Shown here: positions 47,108-57,600 of the stretch, in pieces
How positions within the stretch are numbered: the stretch's first letter is position 1
Layout: every line of letters begins with the position of its first letter
NCBI GenBank assembly: GCA_044226015.1
Contig: JBGAHS010000001.1
Span: 192,001 to 256,000, forward strand
Direction of reading: 5' to 3'
Origin: Candidatus Obscuribacteraceae bacterium
Lineage (GTDB): Bacteria > Cyanobacteriota > Vampirovibrionia > Obscuribacterales > Obscuribacteraceae
DNA: 64,000 bases
Translations under genes and position numbers: made by a program
The notes under the pieces: model-generated
What the model was told of the DNA's origin: nothing
Databases searched by the model: none
What the model saw: only the letters and a program-made list of their open reading frames with translations

Positions 47108-47518
47108 TTAGACCGATTGCGTTACTTCGATTCGCTTTGGCTGAAGCGCTTTGCTCTTAGGCAAAGTCAAAGTAAGAATGCCATTCTTCACGCTGGCTTC
47201 GATTCCATCTCTATCGATGCCGTTTGATAGAGTGAAACTTCTTTGATATCTTCCTGCAGAGTACTCTGACAATGCCAGTGTGTATCCTTCGTATTTGTGG
47301 GACTCGACAGAAGCCGTTATCGTGAGGGTGTTGTTCTCGAGCGTGATGTCCACTGTTTTTGCTGTGGCACCGGGCAACTCGGCAATCAATGTAATTTTTT
47401 CGGGCGACTCAAATATGTCTGAACGGGGAATTAGAGTTTTCACGTTGCAGAGCTCTTCAGCGCATTCTTTGTTTGCGACTTGTTCTGTAGATTCACACGT
47501 TTGAAGATTGGTGCTCAT
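47108..47518 (-). CDS. Hsp20/alpha-crystallin family protein
   Basis: P..DIFE, AELPG, YQRSF.L, A...NGIL.LTLPK. Confidence 0.93.
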   Translation of the reverse strand: MSTNLQTCESTEQVANKECAEELCNVKTLIPRSDIFESPEKITLIAELPGATAKTVDITLENNTLTITASVESHKYEGYTLALSEYSAGRYQRSFTLSNGIDRDGIEASVKNGILTLTLPKSKALQPKRIEVTQSV

Positions 47519-47555
47519 ATCGAACCTCCTTGGTAAAAAGGCACCGGGAACAAAA

Positions 47556-47987
47556 CTATTCGGATTTGATAACTATCTTGCGTGGTCTGTCTGCCAGTGT
47601 TCTCGGCAAAGTAATGTGCAAGACTCCATTTTCGAGTACGGCACTTACCTTTTCGCTGTCTACGCCAAACGGCAATTTGATGTTGCGGGTGAAGTCACCA
47701 TGTCCCCGTTCTTGACGGTGATAACGCTCGCCCTCGCCAAGCACATCAGATTTTTTCGAACCCTTGATGCTCAGGACGTCGTTAAAAACTGCCAGCTCAA
47801 TATCTGAGATATCCATTCCTGGTAGTTTTGCTTCGACTATTGCTCCAGTCTCCGAAAGCCACACATTCACTGGTGGATATTCGCTTTGAGACTCTTCCGA
47901 AATAATATTGTTTAAGCGTTGTCTGACTAACTCAAGCTCGCGCAACGAGTTCCAAAGTCCATTGTCAGCCATTCTTTGTAGCAACAT
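47556..47987 (-). CDS. Hsp20/alpha-crystallin family protein
   Basis: YPPVNV, LPG, ERGHGDF.R...LP, NGVL.ITLP. ATG 47987 after GGAGG. Confidence 0.93.
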   Translation of the reverse strand: MLLQRMADNGLWNSLRELELVRQRLNNIISEESQSEYPPVNVWLSETGAIVEAKLPGMDISDIELAVFNDVLSIKGSKKSDVLGEGERYHRQERGHGDFTRNIKLPFGVDSEKVSAVLENGVLHITLPRTLADRPRKIVIKSE

Positions 47988-48309
47988 GATCTTGTAACCT
48001 CCGGTTATTTTGCTTGTCAGAGCAGTGCGGTGCCTTCCATTTGTTTCCCTGGAAACGTAATGAAAGTAGCGGTTTTCAAATGTTGAAGATGATGGTTCGT
48101 GTGCCATCAATTTCAATTTATACAATCTGATTTGAACAGCCGGGAAAAATTTGGCTTGCCTTAATATTTTTGTTTTCAGGTGCTAAAAAGACAACATGAA
48201 AAGAGACCCGGTAACAAGTGAGATCGCTTTTCATGCTGAGTTTAGCTTCCAATATGTCTTGGTCTTTGTGCGTTGATCCAGAATTCAAAGATCTTACTGG
48301 GATCTTGAT

Positions 48310-48627
48310 TTATATATCTTCTACGTTGAGTTCAATAGAATTGTTATGCGTACCCTCTTTAATGAGCACCTTTGTAAATCCACCGTTGTACTCAGGTATC
48401 GAAAATGAAGGTTGGGCACTCACGATGGAAATTACCTGGTTTACCATTCCCATTGGTGGTGTCAGAACAAAATCAAGGTAAAGGGTCTCAGGGAGTCCTT
48501 GTTCGATTGATCTGCTCAACTTAGCCGTATGTCCGGCTGTTGGCACTTGCATTGAGGCATCAACGGTGAGTGTTCGGGCTTCTCCTTGTTGAGATACTTT
48601 TGCGCTGCCCGAAGTGAATTCATACAT
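48310..48627 (-). CDS. Small hypothetical protein
   Basis: 105 aa ORF with AAAGGAG RBS; beta-rich pattern (VPTAG...L; PP.GM..QVI). Confidence 0.65.
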   Translation of the reverse strand: MYEFTSGSAKVSQQGEARTLTVDASMQVPTAGHTAKLSRSIEQGLPETLYLDFVLTPPMGMVNQVISIVSAQPSFSIPEYNGGFTKVLIKEGTHNNSIELNVEDI

Positions 48628-48958
48628 ATTCAAAACTCCTTTCTCTTTTTGTTGTTTATGATTTGTCAAAAACTATCTGCGGACACTTTATCATGGCCAA
48701 CTTGGCACTTGGGTATCGAATGAAGATAGTTTGTTAGCTATTGTCTGCCTTGCTACTTGAATCCTCTGCTTACTGCTTCAATGCGGAAAACCCCACTATT
48801 AAGACCTATTACCGTCAAAGTCTTAAGGTTCAGAATCGCGCATCTTTGCTGAAACCAGCACTGGCTGCCAGTTCTCTATTGATTGGTGCTTGACAACAAA
48901 TATTAAAGCAGGGTCATGGCGGTGTTACTATGTCCTGAACTTCCGGAGGTTTCTTCAA

Positions 48959-50158
48959 ATGCAGACGGTCAGCAGGGTTGAATCGAGTTCGGCAGAAATG
49001 CACATTGGTAGAGGTAAGAAAACTCGTCGAGCTTATGGCTTTGACGAAATTGCGTTGGTGCCAGGCTCGCTAACACTCGATTACGAGTTGTGTGATGTTT
49101 CTGTGAGTATAGGCAAGCACACGCTTTCGATTCCACTTCTCGCTTCAGCAATGGACGGTGTCGTTGACCTGAAGATCACCCAGCTGCTAGGTAAAATGGG
49201 TGGCTTGGCTGTTCTGAACCTGCAGGGTGTTCAGACAAGATATGAGAACCCACAGGACGCTCTTAATCAGATCGCACGTTGCGACAAGAGTGAGTTTGTT
49301 GAACTGATGCAGAAGCTTTACTCTGAGCCAGTAAAGGAAGAACTTATAGCAAAGCGCATTAAGGAGATGAAATCGCAGGGCATTTTGACTGCTGCTTCTG
49401 TAACTCCAAACATGGCCTATAAGTATGGCAAAATTGCGGTGGATGCAGGCTTAGACATCGTCGTCGTTCAGTCAACAGTGACTGGAACTGAGCATCGCTC
49501 GGTTGCCGGCGGTTCGCCTCTCGACTTGAAGAAGTTCGTTCAAGACATTGGTGTACCGGTTATCGTTGGCAACTGCGTTACATATGATGCTGCATATCGC
49601 CTCGCTGAAACCGGAGTCGCTGGTATTCTTGTTGGAGTAGGACCTGGCGCTGCTTGCACTTCTAGAAGCGTTCTCGGTGTCGGTGTTCCGATGGCAACTG
49701 CTATTGCTGACTGTGCTGGTGCAGTTCGTGACTATGAAGCAAAGTCTGGTCACAAGTGCACAGTCATCGCAGATGGTGGCATGGTTGTTGGTGGTGACAT
49801 TTGTAAGGCTATCGCCTGCGGAGCTGATGCCGTCATGATCGGTTCTCCTCTGGCGCGAGCGAAAGAAGCTCCGGGTCAAGGCTTTCACTGGGGCATGGCT
49901 ACTCCAAGCCCAATACTCCCGCGTGGAACTCGTGTTAAAGTTGGGCACTCTGGAACTCTTGAGCAGATTGTACTTGGACCAGCTCAAGTTGATGACGGCA
50001 CTCAAAACTTGATTGGCGCGTTGAAGACCAGTATGTCAACACTTGGCGCATCCAGCATCAGAGAAATGCAGGATGTCGAAGTGGTCATCGCACCATCGAT
50101 TTTGACAGAAGGCAAGGTCTTCCAGCACGCTCAAGAACTCGGCATGGGTCGCAAATAA
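48959..50158 (+). CDS. guaB3: GuaB3-family IMP dehydrogenase-related protein
   Basis: RRAYGFDEIALVP, SAMD, GVGPGAACTSR, IADGG, HWGMAT; no CBS pair. ATG 48959 after GGAGG. Confidence 0.93.
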   Translation: MQTVSRVESSSAEMHIGRGKKTRRAYGFDEIALVPGSLTLDYELCDVSVSIGKHTLSIPLLASAMDGVVDLKITQLLGKMGGLAVLNLQGVQTRYENPQDALNQIARCDKSEFVELMQKLYSEPVKEELIAKRIKEMKSQGILTAASVTPNMAYKYGKIAVDAGLDIVVVQSTVTGTEHRSVAGGSPLDLKKFVQDIGVPVIVGNCVTYDAAYRLAETGVAGILVGVGPGAACTSRSVLGVGVPMATAIADCAGAVRDYEAKSGHKCTVIADGGMVVGGDICKAIACGADAVMIGSPLARAKEAPGQGFHWGMATPSPILPRGTRVKVGHSGTLEQIVLGPAQVDDGTQNLIGALKTSMSTLGASSIREMQDVEVVIAPSILTEGKVFQHAQELGMGRK

Positions 50159-50186
50159 ATTCTGACTCTGCAAAAAATGTTAAAGA

Positions 50187-50216
50187 AAAGAGCGCCTCGT
50201 GGGGCGCTCTTTTTTC
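50187..50216. terminator. Bidirectional intrinsic terminator
   Basis: AAAAGAGCGCCTC-GTG-GGGCGCTCTTTTTTT between convergent genes. Confidence 0.85.
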
Positions 50217-50306
50217 ACGGATTCTCGCGACTGAATTTGGTCGGGTGTTGTTCGAGTTCCGAACCTTAGTTCAGGATCAACCGGAATCATCTACGAGCCG
50301 GCACAT

Positions 50307-51617
50307 CTACATGCCACTTATTTTTGTGCGCAATGGCATCATGTCGATAACATTGTCTGGAATACTTGTCGATTTCATCGGGTTCTTCTTTGATATGCCG
50401 GCTAACTCAAGACCTGCAGCTGTTGCCAGTCTTGCTACGTTGGCGACAAAGGGAATGTTGACCTTGTCGGCAGTATCTCGGGTGCTGTGATATGTTGGGT
50501 TCTCACCATTGGCGGTGTCAAAGGGCTCTGTAATTAATACAGCTGGAACACCTGTTTCGTTAAACGGATAGTGGTCAGATCTATTTCCAAGCTCATCGTT
50601 GTGCGCACCATAAACCTTTACGTCTATGTTGTATTGTTGCTGTTTTGCCGCGAGCAAATCAGTTAGAGCATGTTGCTTGGGGTCATCAGTGCTATCGTGA
50701 CTTTCAACGGTTTTGCTTCCAACAGCGTATCCGATCATATCCATTTGATACATCGCGATTATTTTTGTTGGCTTTCCGCTTTGTTGAGTCAAGCTGTCTT
50801 GAGCATCTTTGTATTGTTGCGCCATTGCGCGTGAGCCCCAGAGACCCTGTTCTTCGCCAGAGAACATCGAGAAGACTACAGTCCTGTCCGTTGGTACATC
50901 TTTTATCGCGTGGGCAATTTCAGCAATAGCTGTGGCACCACTTCCGTCGTCATCGGCGCCGGGTGCTTTTGATTCCTTTGCCCATGGCCATCCAGCCGTT
51001 GAGTCGATGTGGGCACCATACATAACTGCTTCATCTGGACGTGTTGTTCCAGGTTTTATTGCACGCAAATTGTAGTAGGTCTGCCCTCGTCTCGTGTATG
51101 GGTCAAGGGTTACGGTGTAGCCGTCCTTTTCAAATTTCTCTTTGAAAAATTGAAGTCCTTGTTCATATCCACCATAAGTACTTCTTGTTTCTATTTTTAC
51201 TTTCTTTCCATCAACAGTAGCTTCAGTCGCACCAGACAGCTGCTCGATGTTCGATTTGATTGTTGACTCAGAAATTTTACTCAGTACGTCCGCTACAACT
51301 GGGTCGGGCGCCGTCCGCTTTGCCAGCCTCGGCAAAAATTCTCCGGGCTCACCCTTCTTGTGGGTATGCTTGTGCCAGTCGTGGCTGTCAAACACGGGAT
51401 TGTCCGGAACATCAACCGGTTTGAATGTCTTTGTAGCTTCTTTCTTTGCCGCTTCGAGCGTCAGGCTGGGTAAGCCGCTGTTTTTTGGGTCTGCAGGAAA
51501 TGGAGTGCAGCACTTCATACTTTCGAGTGCGGCTTCGTTCAGTTTATTTCCAGCAGCTTTAGCAGATTCATCTCCTGCGGAATCTGTTTCGCGCTTCTTT
51601 GGTTCGATATCACTCAT
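50307..51617 (-). CDS. M28 family metallopeptidase
   Basis: GAHIDS, PGADDDGSG, GEEQGL.GS, DMIG, RSDH, YHS..D. Confidence 0.92.
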   Translation of the reverse strand: MSDIEPKKRETDSAGDESAKAAGNKLNEAALESMKCCTPFPADPKNSGLPSLTLEAAKKEATKTFKPVDVPDNPVFDSHDWHKHTHKKGEPGEFLPRLAKRTAPDPVVADVLSKISESTIKSNIEQLSGATEATVDGKKVKIETRSTYGGYEQGLQFFKEKFEKDGYTVTLDPYTRRGQTYYNLRAIKPGTTRPDEAVMYGAHIDSTAGWPWAKESKAPGADDDGSGATAIAEIAHAIKDVPTDRTVVFSMFSGEEQGLWGSRAMAQQYKDAQDSLTQQSGKPTKIIAMYQMDMIGYAVGSKTVESHDSTDDPKQHALTDLLAAKQQQYNIDVKVYGAHNDELGNRSDHYPFNETGVPAVLITEPFDTANGENPTYHSTRDTADKVNIPFVANVARLATAAGLELAGISKKNPMKSTSIPDNVIDMMPLRTKISGM

Positions 51618-51806
51618 TGGTGGAATCCTTCTTCTCTGTGAATCTACAATGCCATCGAATTCGTGAAATTCTCGATCCAGCCTGTGTTGAAACCACGTAT
51701 GATCTTGTCTCTATTAAACACATTTCTCTTTTCCAGTTGATTGTGAGAAACTTTACTGGCAATTCTGCATCTCTAAGCAAGAATCAAACCCTCTTGCTGG
51801 CACTCC

Positions 51807-52412
51807 GTGTCATCGCAAATGGCGGCGCGCTTACCAGCGTTTTCTGCTGATCGAAAGGTACTAATGTTCGAAGCCCTAGATATTCCAAAACGATTTCCTG
51901 ACTTACTTGTTCGGTCGCTCCTCCATTCTATAAATTCAAAGCGCGAGCTAACGGACATACTCAACGATTTCATGATTGCCATTGAAGAGGTGGTCAAAAC
52001 TGGAATGAGTGCCTCTGTTTTGCTTTTGGATGAAAGTCGCAAGCATTTGCGATGTGCTGCTGCTCCCAGTTTGCCAGATGAATACAACAAGCAAATAGAC
52101 GGCATCGCAATTGGTCCCAATGTAGGCTCTTGCGGAACGGCGGCGTATTGTGAGCACCCGATTTACGTTGTGGATATCGAGAATGATCCTCTGTGGGCAA
52201 ATTTCAAAGACTATGCTCTAAAGCAAGGCTTGCGATCTTGCTGGTCGGTTCCCATCATCAGTAAATCGGGAACGGTTCTTGGAACTTTCGCCATGTACTA
52301 TCGCACTTGCAGAAACCCAAATCTGGAGGAGCGCTCGCTGATAGCTGACTGTGCCGACCTGGTTGCTACATTGATTAGCAAGCATGGCGAAGTCAGCGGC
52401 AAAACCGCTTAA
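51807..52412 (+). CDS. Stand-alone GAF domain protein
   Basis: AAPSLP..Y...IDG..IGP..GSCGTAA, DI..DP.W, SCWSVPI, GTFAMY. Start uncertain. Confidence 0.9.
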   Translation: MSSQMAARLPAFSADRKVLMFEALDIPKRFPDLLVRSLLHSINSKRELTDILNDFMIAIEEVVKTGMSASVLLLDESRKHLRCAAAPSLPDEYNKQIDGIAIGPNVGSCGTAAYCEHPIYVVDIENDPLWANFKDYALKQGLRSCWSVPIISKSGTVLGTFAMYYRTCRNPNLEERSLIADCADLVATLISKHGEVSGKTA

Positions 52413-52526
52413 GTCCTAACGACTGCTTCCGCGTGTACTAGGTCGCTTACCTTCCAAGTTCCGAAGTTCCACTGCTTCCGCGTGGACTGTAACTCGCCCG
52501 ACTATCCCTGTTCTTCATGGGCTATT

Positions 52527-53066
52527 TTATTTCGAATAAATGTCAATTCCGCGAAGCGAAGTGTCTGCTGGTACGAAGTGCCCAAAAGGTTTTTGATGCC
52601 CCCAGATATCTTCGAAGTTAAAAGAATCGATCGACTGTGTTTTGCCATAACTATAATTGCTTTCATCGGAAGCAGAGGGTGTGCTAAAGGTTGGTGATAC
52701 TAATGCTGGTGAGTACATCATTGATTCTGAAAATAGGTGCCGTGCGAAGGGGTCATGCGGCACAGCTGGGGAGTGAGACGCTTGCGTTGGTATGTAGTCT
52801 GCCGCTGAGCGCGTCTCGGCTGTCACTGAACTTGTGCCGATGAAAGAGCCGCCGATGCCACCATCGTTTCCTTGCCTGGTGTGCCGCGTTTGAAACTCGC
52901 CTGAAGAAGTTGAATAACCACTGTTTACTCCATAAGGTTCAAGTTTTGAGGACGAACCGGGTGTGAGGGTGGCGTCGCCCAGTCTATTTCCAGTCATCTG
53001 AGCCTTGACCTCATAACTTGCTGAGAGGCTTATTAGAACCGAGAGTAGGCAGGCAGTGAAACGCAA
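52527..53066 (-). CDS. Secreted Ser/Gly-rich hypothetical protein
   Basis: Signal-peptide-like N-terminus ending VKA; 2 nt downstream of the MFP gene. Confidence 0.6.
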   Translation of the reverse strand: MRFTACLLSVLISLSASYEVKAQMTGNRLGDATLTPGSSSKLEPYGVNSGYSTSSGEFQTRHTRQGNDGGIGGSFIGTSSVTAETRSAADYIPTQASHSPAVPHDPFARHLFSESMMYSPALVSPTFSTPSASDESNYSYGKTQSIDSFNFEDIWGHQKPFGHFVPADTSLRGIDIYSK

Positions 53067-53068
53067 GA

Positions 53069-54421
53069 TTATTCTCCTGAAGCTTTTTCTTTCTTCTTTG
53101 TTGCCTGCTTCAATTCATCAACGCTCGCCAATTGTATTTTGACTTCGCTGCCATCCTTGCGTTCATTCGTCGCCTTTAATGCAACAAGGTCTCCTTCATT
53201 CAGCTTACCAGTTACCTCAACCATTTCATCCATCTGGTCGCCCTTCGCTACTGGAGTCCGTTTCAGTACACCGTTTTCAACTTTGTTGACAAAGCTACCA
53301 ACGAGGTCTGTGCCAACTGCAGAAGTCGGCAAGAAAATGGTTTTATAGGGGCGTGAGACTACCCATTCCACGTTGCAATACATTCCTGGGTCGAGTACTG
53401 GAGGGCTGTTTTCGATGGATAGTTCAACTGGCATGGTGCGAGTTGCTGTGTCGAGAGAAAACGCAGGGCGCACAACTTTGCCGTAAAATTCTCGTCCTGG
53501 AAAAGCTGCGACTGTGAACTTTACTTTGTCGCCTGCATGAAGACTACCAACTGCGTCTTCGGGAATAGCTGCTACGAGCCGCAATTGTGAAACCTGCTGA
53601 ATGCGTACCAGGGGCTCCGATTCACGTGATGATCCGACGGCTACTATGGAGCCTTCGTGCACGTTTCTAGAGCTGATAACGCCATCAAATGGTGCTGTTA
53701 TGGTGAGGTATGACTCCATCGCTTTGAGGGATTTCATGACTCTTTCCGCTGCAGATACGTTCTTCTCCTCAGCACTCACAACTGCTTCGGCCGCCGAAAT
53801 CGCTGCTTTTGTTGCGACCATTCTGCCACGGTCGCCTTCAACGGTTTTTTGCGCGACATCCACATCGTTTTGTGCTACAGCGCCCGGTGTTCGAGATGCT
53901 TCTTCGAGTCGCTTGTATGTTTGTTCATCAGACTCAAGCTTTGCTCTATCTTCTAGTAATTTTGCTTTCTCATTTTCTAGTGAAGCCTTCGCGCGGGTGA
54001 CAACAGCTTGGGCGGCGGCTAGCTTGGCGTTTGCTTCGTCGATTTTTTCTATGAGTTCGGGGCAGGAAATGCTTATCATTTTCTGTCCTTTCTTGACCCA
54101 TGAACCGCGGTCTACACCGATCCACGAGACGAACCCTTCCACTTTTGCATGGATTGGAACGTCCTGATAAGCACGAAGTTCCCCTGGCACATCTATTTGA
54201 TTTTTCAGGTCTTTCAGTTGTGCTTTTACAACAAGTAACGCGTCGTCGTTCCTGGAGTCGTTGTCAGCTGCATTTTCTTTTCGCTCAGTCGAAGCCTTGC
54301 TCTCTTCCGTTTTGTTGCCATCAGAGCAGCCCTGGACAAACAGTGTTGCGATAAGGGCCGCTGTTGATAAAAAGCAGAGCGCTTTTGTCGTTTCTGTGAT
54401 GCTTCTTGGTCGGGAGTTCAT
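53069..54421 (-). CDS. RND efflux periplasmic adaptor (MFP), probable lipoprotein
   Basis: VQGC lipobox-like; AKVEG.V....VDRG..VKKGQ; helical hairpin; ITAPFDG.I; TRT..VE; PGMY. Confidence 0.92.
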   Translation of the reverse strand: MNSRPRSITETTKALCFLSTAALIATLFVQGCSDGNKTEESKASTERKENAADNDSRNDDALLVVKAQLKDLKNQIDVPGELRAYQDVPIHAKVEGFVSWIGVDRGSWVKKGQKMISISCPELIEKIDEANAKLAAAQAVVTRAKASLENEKAKLLEDRAKLESDEQTYKRLEEASRTPGAVAQNDVDVAQKTVEGDRGRMVATKAAISAAEAVVSAEEKNVSAAERVMKSLKAMESYLTITAPFDGVISSRNVHEGSIVAVGSSRESEPLVRIQQVSQLRLVAAIPEDAVGSLHAGDKVKFTVAAFPGREFYGKVVRPAFSLDTATRTMPVELSIENSPPVLDPGMYCNVEWVVSRPYKTIFLPTSAVGTDLVGSFVNKVENGVLKRTPVAKGDQMDEMVEVTGKLNEGDLVALKATNERKDGSEVKIQLASVDELKQATKKKEKASGE

Positions 54422-57400
54422 GAGATCCTCACTGTTTCACGTGCGTGCTCAGGTAGCACTGAGGCACCCTTGCGATTCGCTTTTCGTTGTACTAGCGCAT
54501 AAATTAGTGGTACTACCAGCAGTACTGATGGGGTGGATACGAGCAGTCCTCCGATAACGGCTCGTCCAAGCGGAGCGGTTCGGTCACCGCCTTCGCTCAT
54601 TCCCAGTGCCATGGGAATCATCCCCGCAATCATTGCGATGCTGGTCATCATGACTGGACGAATACGTGCTGCAGCTCCCTTTATCGCTGCTGTTCGCGCC
54701 GATATTCTCTCGCTGATGCGCCGCTCTTCGGCAAAAACGACTACCAAAATGGAGTTTGCAACGCCAACGCCTGTCGCCATAATCGCGCCCATGAATGATT
54801 GTATGTTCAGTGTTGTGTTTGTCAAAATTAGAGCAAGCATCGCACCAAATAGTATGGCTGGTACGACGGAGATGATTACGATTGATAGTCGCACTGACTG
54901 GAAGAAGGCAACTAACATCATCGTAATTGCTACGACCGCAAAGGCTACGCCTAGAATCAGTGCGTAAAAGGTGCTTTGCATGAGCGGCGTTTGTCCACGC
55001 ATTGTCACCTTAACACCCCGTGGTGGTTTGCCCAGTTCTTTTATAGTTTTGGCAACTTCATCTGAAACTTTGCCCAGATCATTCGTTCCCATATTTGCTG
55101 CTATGGATATCATGCGGCTCATGTTGTAGTGGTCAAACTCACCTGGTGTAGAGCCATAGCTGACATTGGCTACGTCTCTGACGAAAGGACCTGCATAATT
55201 GCCTGACTTGATAGGTACGTTGGCCACCGCATTCAGTGAGTTTATTTCGCCTTGTGGAACTTGAACTTGTACCTGGTATGACAGTCCGCTGCGGTTGTCT
55301 CGCCAGTAGATTGGTGTGACAAATCTACTTGAATAGGTCGCTGCTACCAGGGCTCTTCCAACATCTTTCACGGTGACATTAAGCTGTCCTGCGCGAACAC
55401 GGTTGATGTTGACGTTAATGGTGGGATAGTCCAGCGGCTGCACTATTCCAACGTCTCTGAGATCATGATTCTTCTTGAGTGCATTTAGAAGTTTGTAAGC
55501 ATACGCTTGCAAAACGTCGAAGTTTGGTCCGTTTATGTCTACCTGAATTGGTGTCGGTGAGCCAACCTGAATGATTTTGTTGACTATGTCTCCCGCTTCG
55601 AATGTTGTTGTTACGTCTGGAACTTCAGCAAGAAATTTCTTGCGCAATTGTTCTTTCAGTTCACGCATGTTGAACTTGCCTTCCTCTACGTCGACAAGCA
55701 AAATGGCTTCCTGCGGACCCGAAGTCCACATATAAATGTTGCTCACTGCATAGCTGGGCGGCTGCGTTCCTACGTAACCTATTGATACTTTGACGTTTTC
55801 CTTGCCCACTGTGTTTTCAATTATGCTCAGTACTTCTCGCGTGTATTTTTCAGTTAACTCAAAGCGGGTGCCAGTGGGCGCCTTGACACGCAGCTGAAAA
55901 CTTGTCGGATTGCCCTCTGGAAATAATTCACGTCCAAGTCTGGGATAAATCAGAAAACCAGTTGCGGCCGCTAGAACAAACAACGTTAGTATGATCGGCT
56001 TCATATGCATGAATCGAATCAGTACTCTTTGATAGGCTAGCCTGATTTTGTCCATCAAGCCGTTATCGTCCATGGAGTGGCTATGCGTTACTCCATGTCC
56101 CTGGTGATGCACTTCGTGCCTTGGGTGCGCTTTCAATAGCCAGGCACACATCACCGGTACAAAAGTTCCAGACAAAACATAAGAGGCGAACATCGCCAGC
56201 CCCACGGACAGTGACAGTGGAACGAACAGTGATTGTGTGACGCCGACCATGAAAAATGATGGCAGAAACACAGAGACTACCGAAAGCATCGCAAGCAATC
56301 TAGGTATGACTACTTCAAGTGATGCATCCCAAATAGCTTCGCGTAAGGGGGCTCCGGTGGCAAGATGACTGTGAATATTTTCAATAGTCACTGTTGCTTC
56401 GTCTACCAAGATGCCTACTGCTAGAGAGAGTCCGCTAAGGGTCATGATGTTGATGGTTTGTCCACCAATCCACAGCCCCACCACGGCTGATAGCAAGGCA
56501 AAGGGAATATTCAGAACAACAATCAACGAGCTGCGAAAATCCTGGAGAAAGAGCAAGACAACGCCGCCCGTGAGCACAGCGCCGATTGCTCCTTCGACCA
56601 GGAGCCCTTTGAGAGCTTCCGTTACGTAAATGGATTGGTCAAAGGCAAAGCTCACTTTAATGTCTGGCGGCAAGAGGGTCTGCATGTACTCAACTTGTTT
56701 TTTGATGTTGTCGACAACTGCCAGTGTCGACGCGCTGGACTGTTTGGAAATGGCCATGTAAACGGTCCTTCTTCCGTTTACCAGTGCATAGCCCGTCAGA
56801 ATGTCTGTTGTGTCATCGACTGTTGAAACGTCGCGCATAAAAATAGTTGCGCCCGGACCAGCTTTGAGTGGAATGTCTAGCAGTCTTTTTATATCTCCGA
56901 CAACTGAGTTGATGGAGGACATGCGTTGCAGATTGCCCGTGCGCACAACTCCTGAAGGCTCAATGACGTTTCCGTTGCTTACCGCCTCAACAATGTCATC
57001 CATAGAGAGGTGGTATTGATTCAAGCGGGCAGCATCAACAGTCAATACAATTGAACGTTGGTTGCCGCCAAATGGCGGCGGTGTAGACACACCTGGTATT
57101 GTGGAAACCACCGGACGAATTCTTGAATAGACAAGGTCTTGTATTTGCCCTAACTCGCGAGTTGGGCTGGAGAATACGAGATAGCCTACTGGAACGTTGC
57201 CTACATCGAAGCGCAGTATGAATGGTGTCACCGTGCCTGGTGGCATGTATGCACGTGAGCGCTCGACCTGAGCTACAACTTGTGACATTGCATCAGACAT
57301 GTCGGCTTCCGGCTGGAAGTAGATGTCCATGACTGCCGCGCCCTGGATCGAGCGCGATGACACATGGTCAACACCGTTTATATAGAAGAAATGCTGTTCG

Positions 57401-57600
57401 TAGAACGTCACCATATACCCTTCCATTTGCGAAGGGTCCATGCCTCCATACGGTTGAATGACGCTAATTCTAGGTAGATTCAGGTGCGGGAAAATATCGA
57501 TTTGCATTCTGGTCATTGCAAGAATCGACAACAAAACAAAACCCAGCACGAGAACAATTATCGTTACTGGCCGGGTCATTGCTAGGCGAATAAGTCCCAT
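54418..57600 (-). CDS. RND efflux permease subunit
   Basis: 1060 aa; IDIFP, TINIMTLSGL.LAVGILVDEA, RIRPVMMT, PLGRAVIGGL. Confidence 0.95.
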   Translation of the reverse strand: MGLIRLAMTRPVTIIVLVLGFVLLSILAMTRMQIDIFPHLNLPRISVIQPYGGMDPSQMEGYMVTFYEQHFFYINGVDHVSSRSIQGAAVMDIYFQPEADMSDAMSQVVAQVERSRAYMPPGTVTPFILRFDVGNVPVGYLVFSSPTRELGQIQDLVYSRIRPVVSTIPGVSTPPPFGGNQRSIVLTVDAARLNQYHLSMDDIVEAVSNGNVIEPSGVVRTGNLQRMSSINSVVGDIKRLLDIPLKAGPGATIFMRDVSTVDDTTDILTGYALVNGRRTVYMAISKQSSASTLAVVDNIKKQVEYMQTLLPPDIKVSFAFDQSIYVTEALKGLLVEGAIGAVLTGGVVLLFLQDFRSSLIVVLNIPFALLSAVVGLWIGGQTINIMTLSGLSLAVGILVDEATVTIENIHSHLATGAPLREAIWDASLEVVIPRLLAMLSVVSVFLPSFFMVGVTQSLFVPLSLSVGLAMFASYVLSGTFVPVMCAWLLKAHPRHEVHHQGHGVTHSHSMDDNGLMDKIRLAYQRVLIRFMHMKPIILTLFVLAAATGFLIYPRLGRELFPEGNPTSFQLRVKAPTGTRFELTEKYTREVLSIIENTVGKENVKVSIGYVGTQPPSYAVSNIYMWTSGPQEAILLVDVEEGKFNMRELKEQLRKKFLAEVPDVTTTFEAGDIVNKIIQVGSPTPIQVDINGPNFDVLQAYAYKLLNALKKNHDLRDVGIVQPLDYPTINVNINRVRAGQLNVTVKDVGRALVAATYSSRFVTPIYWRDNRSGLSYQVQVQVPQGEINSLNAVANVPIKSGNYAGPFVRDVANVSYGSTPGEFDHYNMSRMISIAANMGTNDLGKVSDEVAKTIKELGKPPRGVKVTMRGQTPLMQSTFYALILGVAFAVVAITMMLVAFFQSVRLSIVIISVVPAILFGAMLALILTNTTLNIQSFMGAIMATGVGVANSILVVVFAEERRISERISARTAAIKGAAARIRPVMMTSIAMIAGMIPMALGMSEGGDRTAPLGRAVIGGLLVSTPSVLLVVPLIYALVQRKANRKGASVLPEHARETVRIS

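Noticed and set aside
47990..48300. CIRCE element upstream of the hsp20 pair
   Set aside because: No TTAGCACTC-N9-GAGTGCTAA found.
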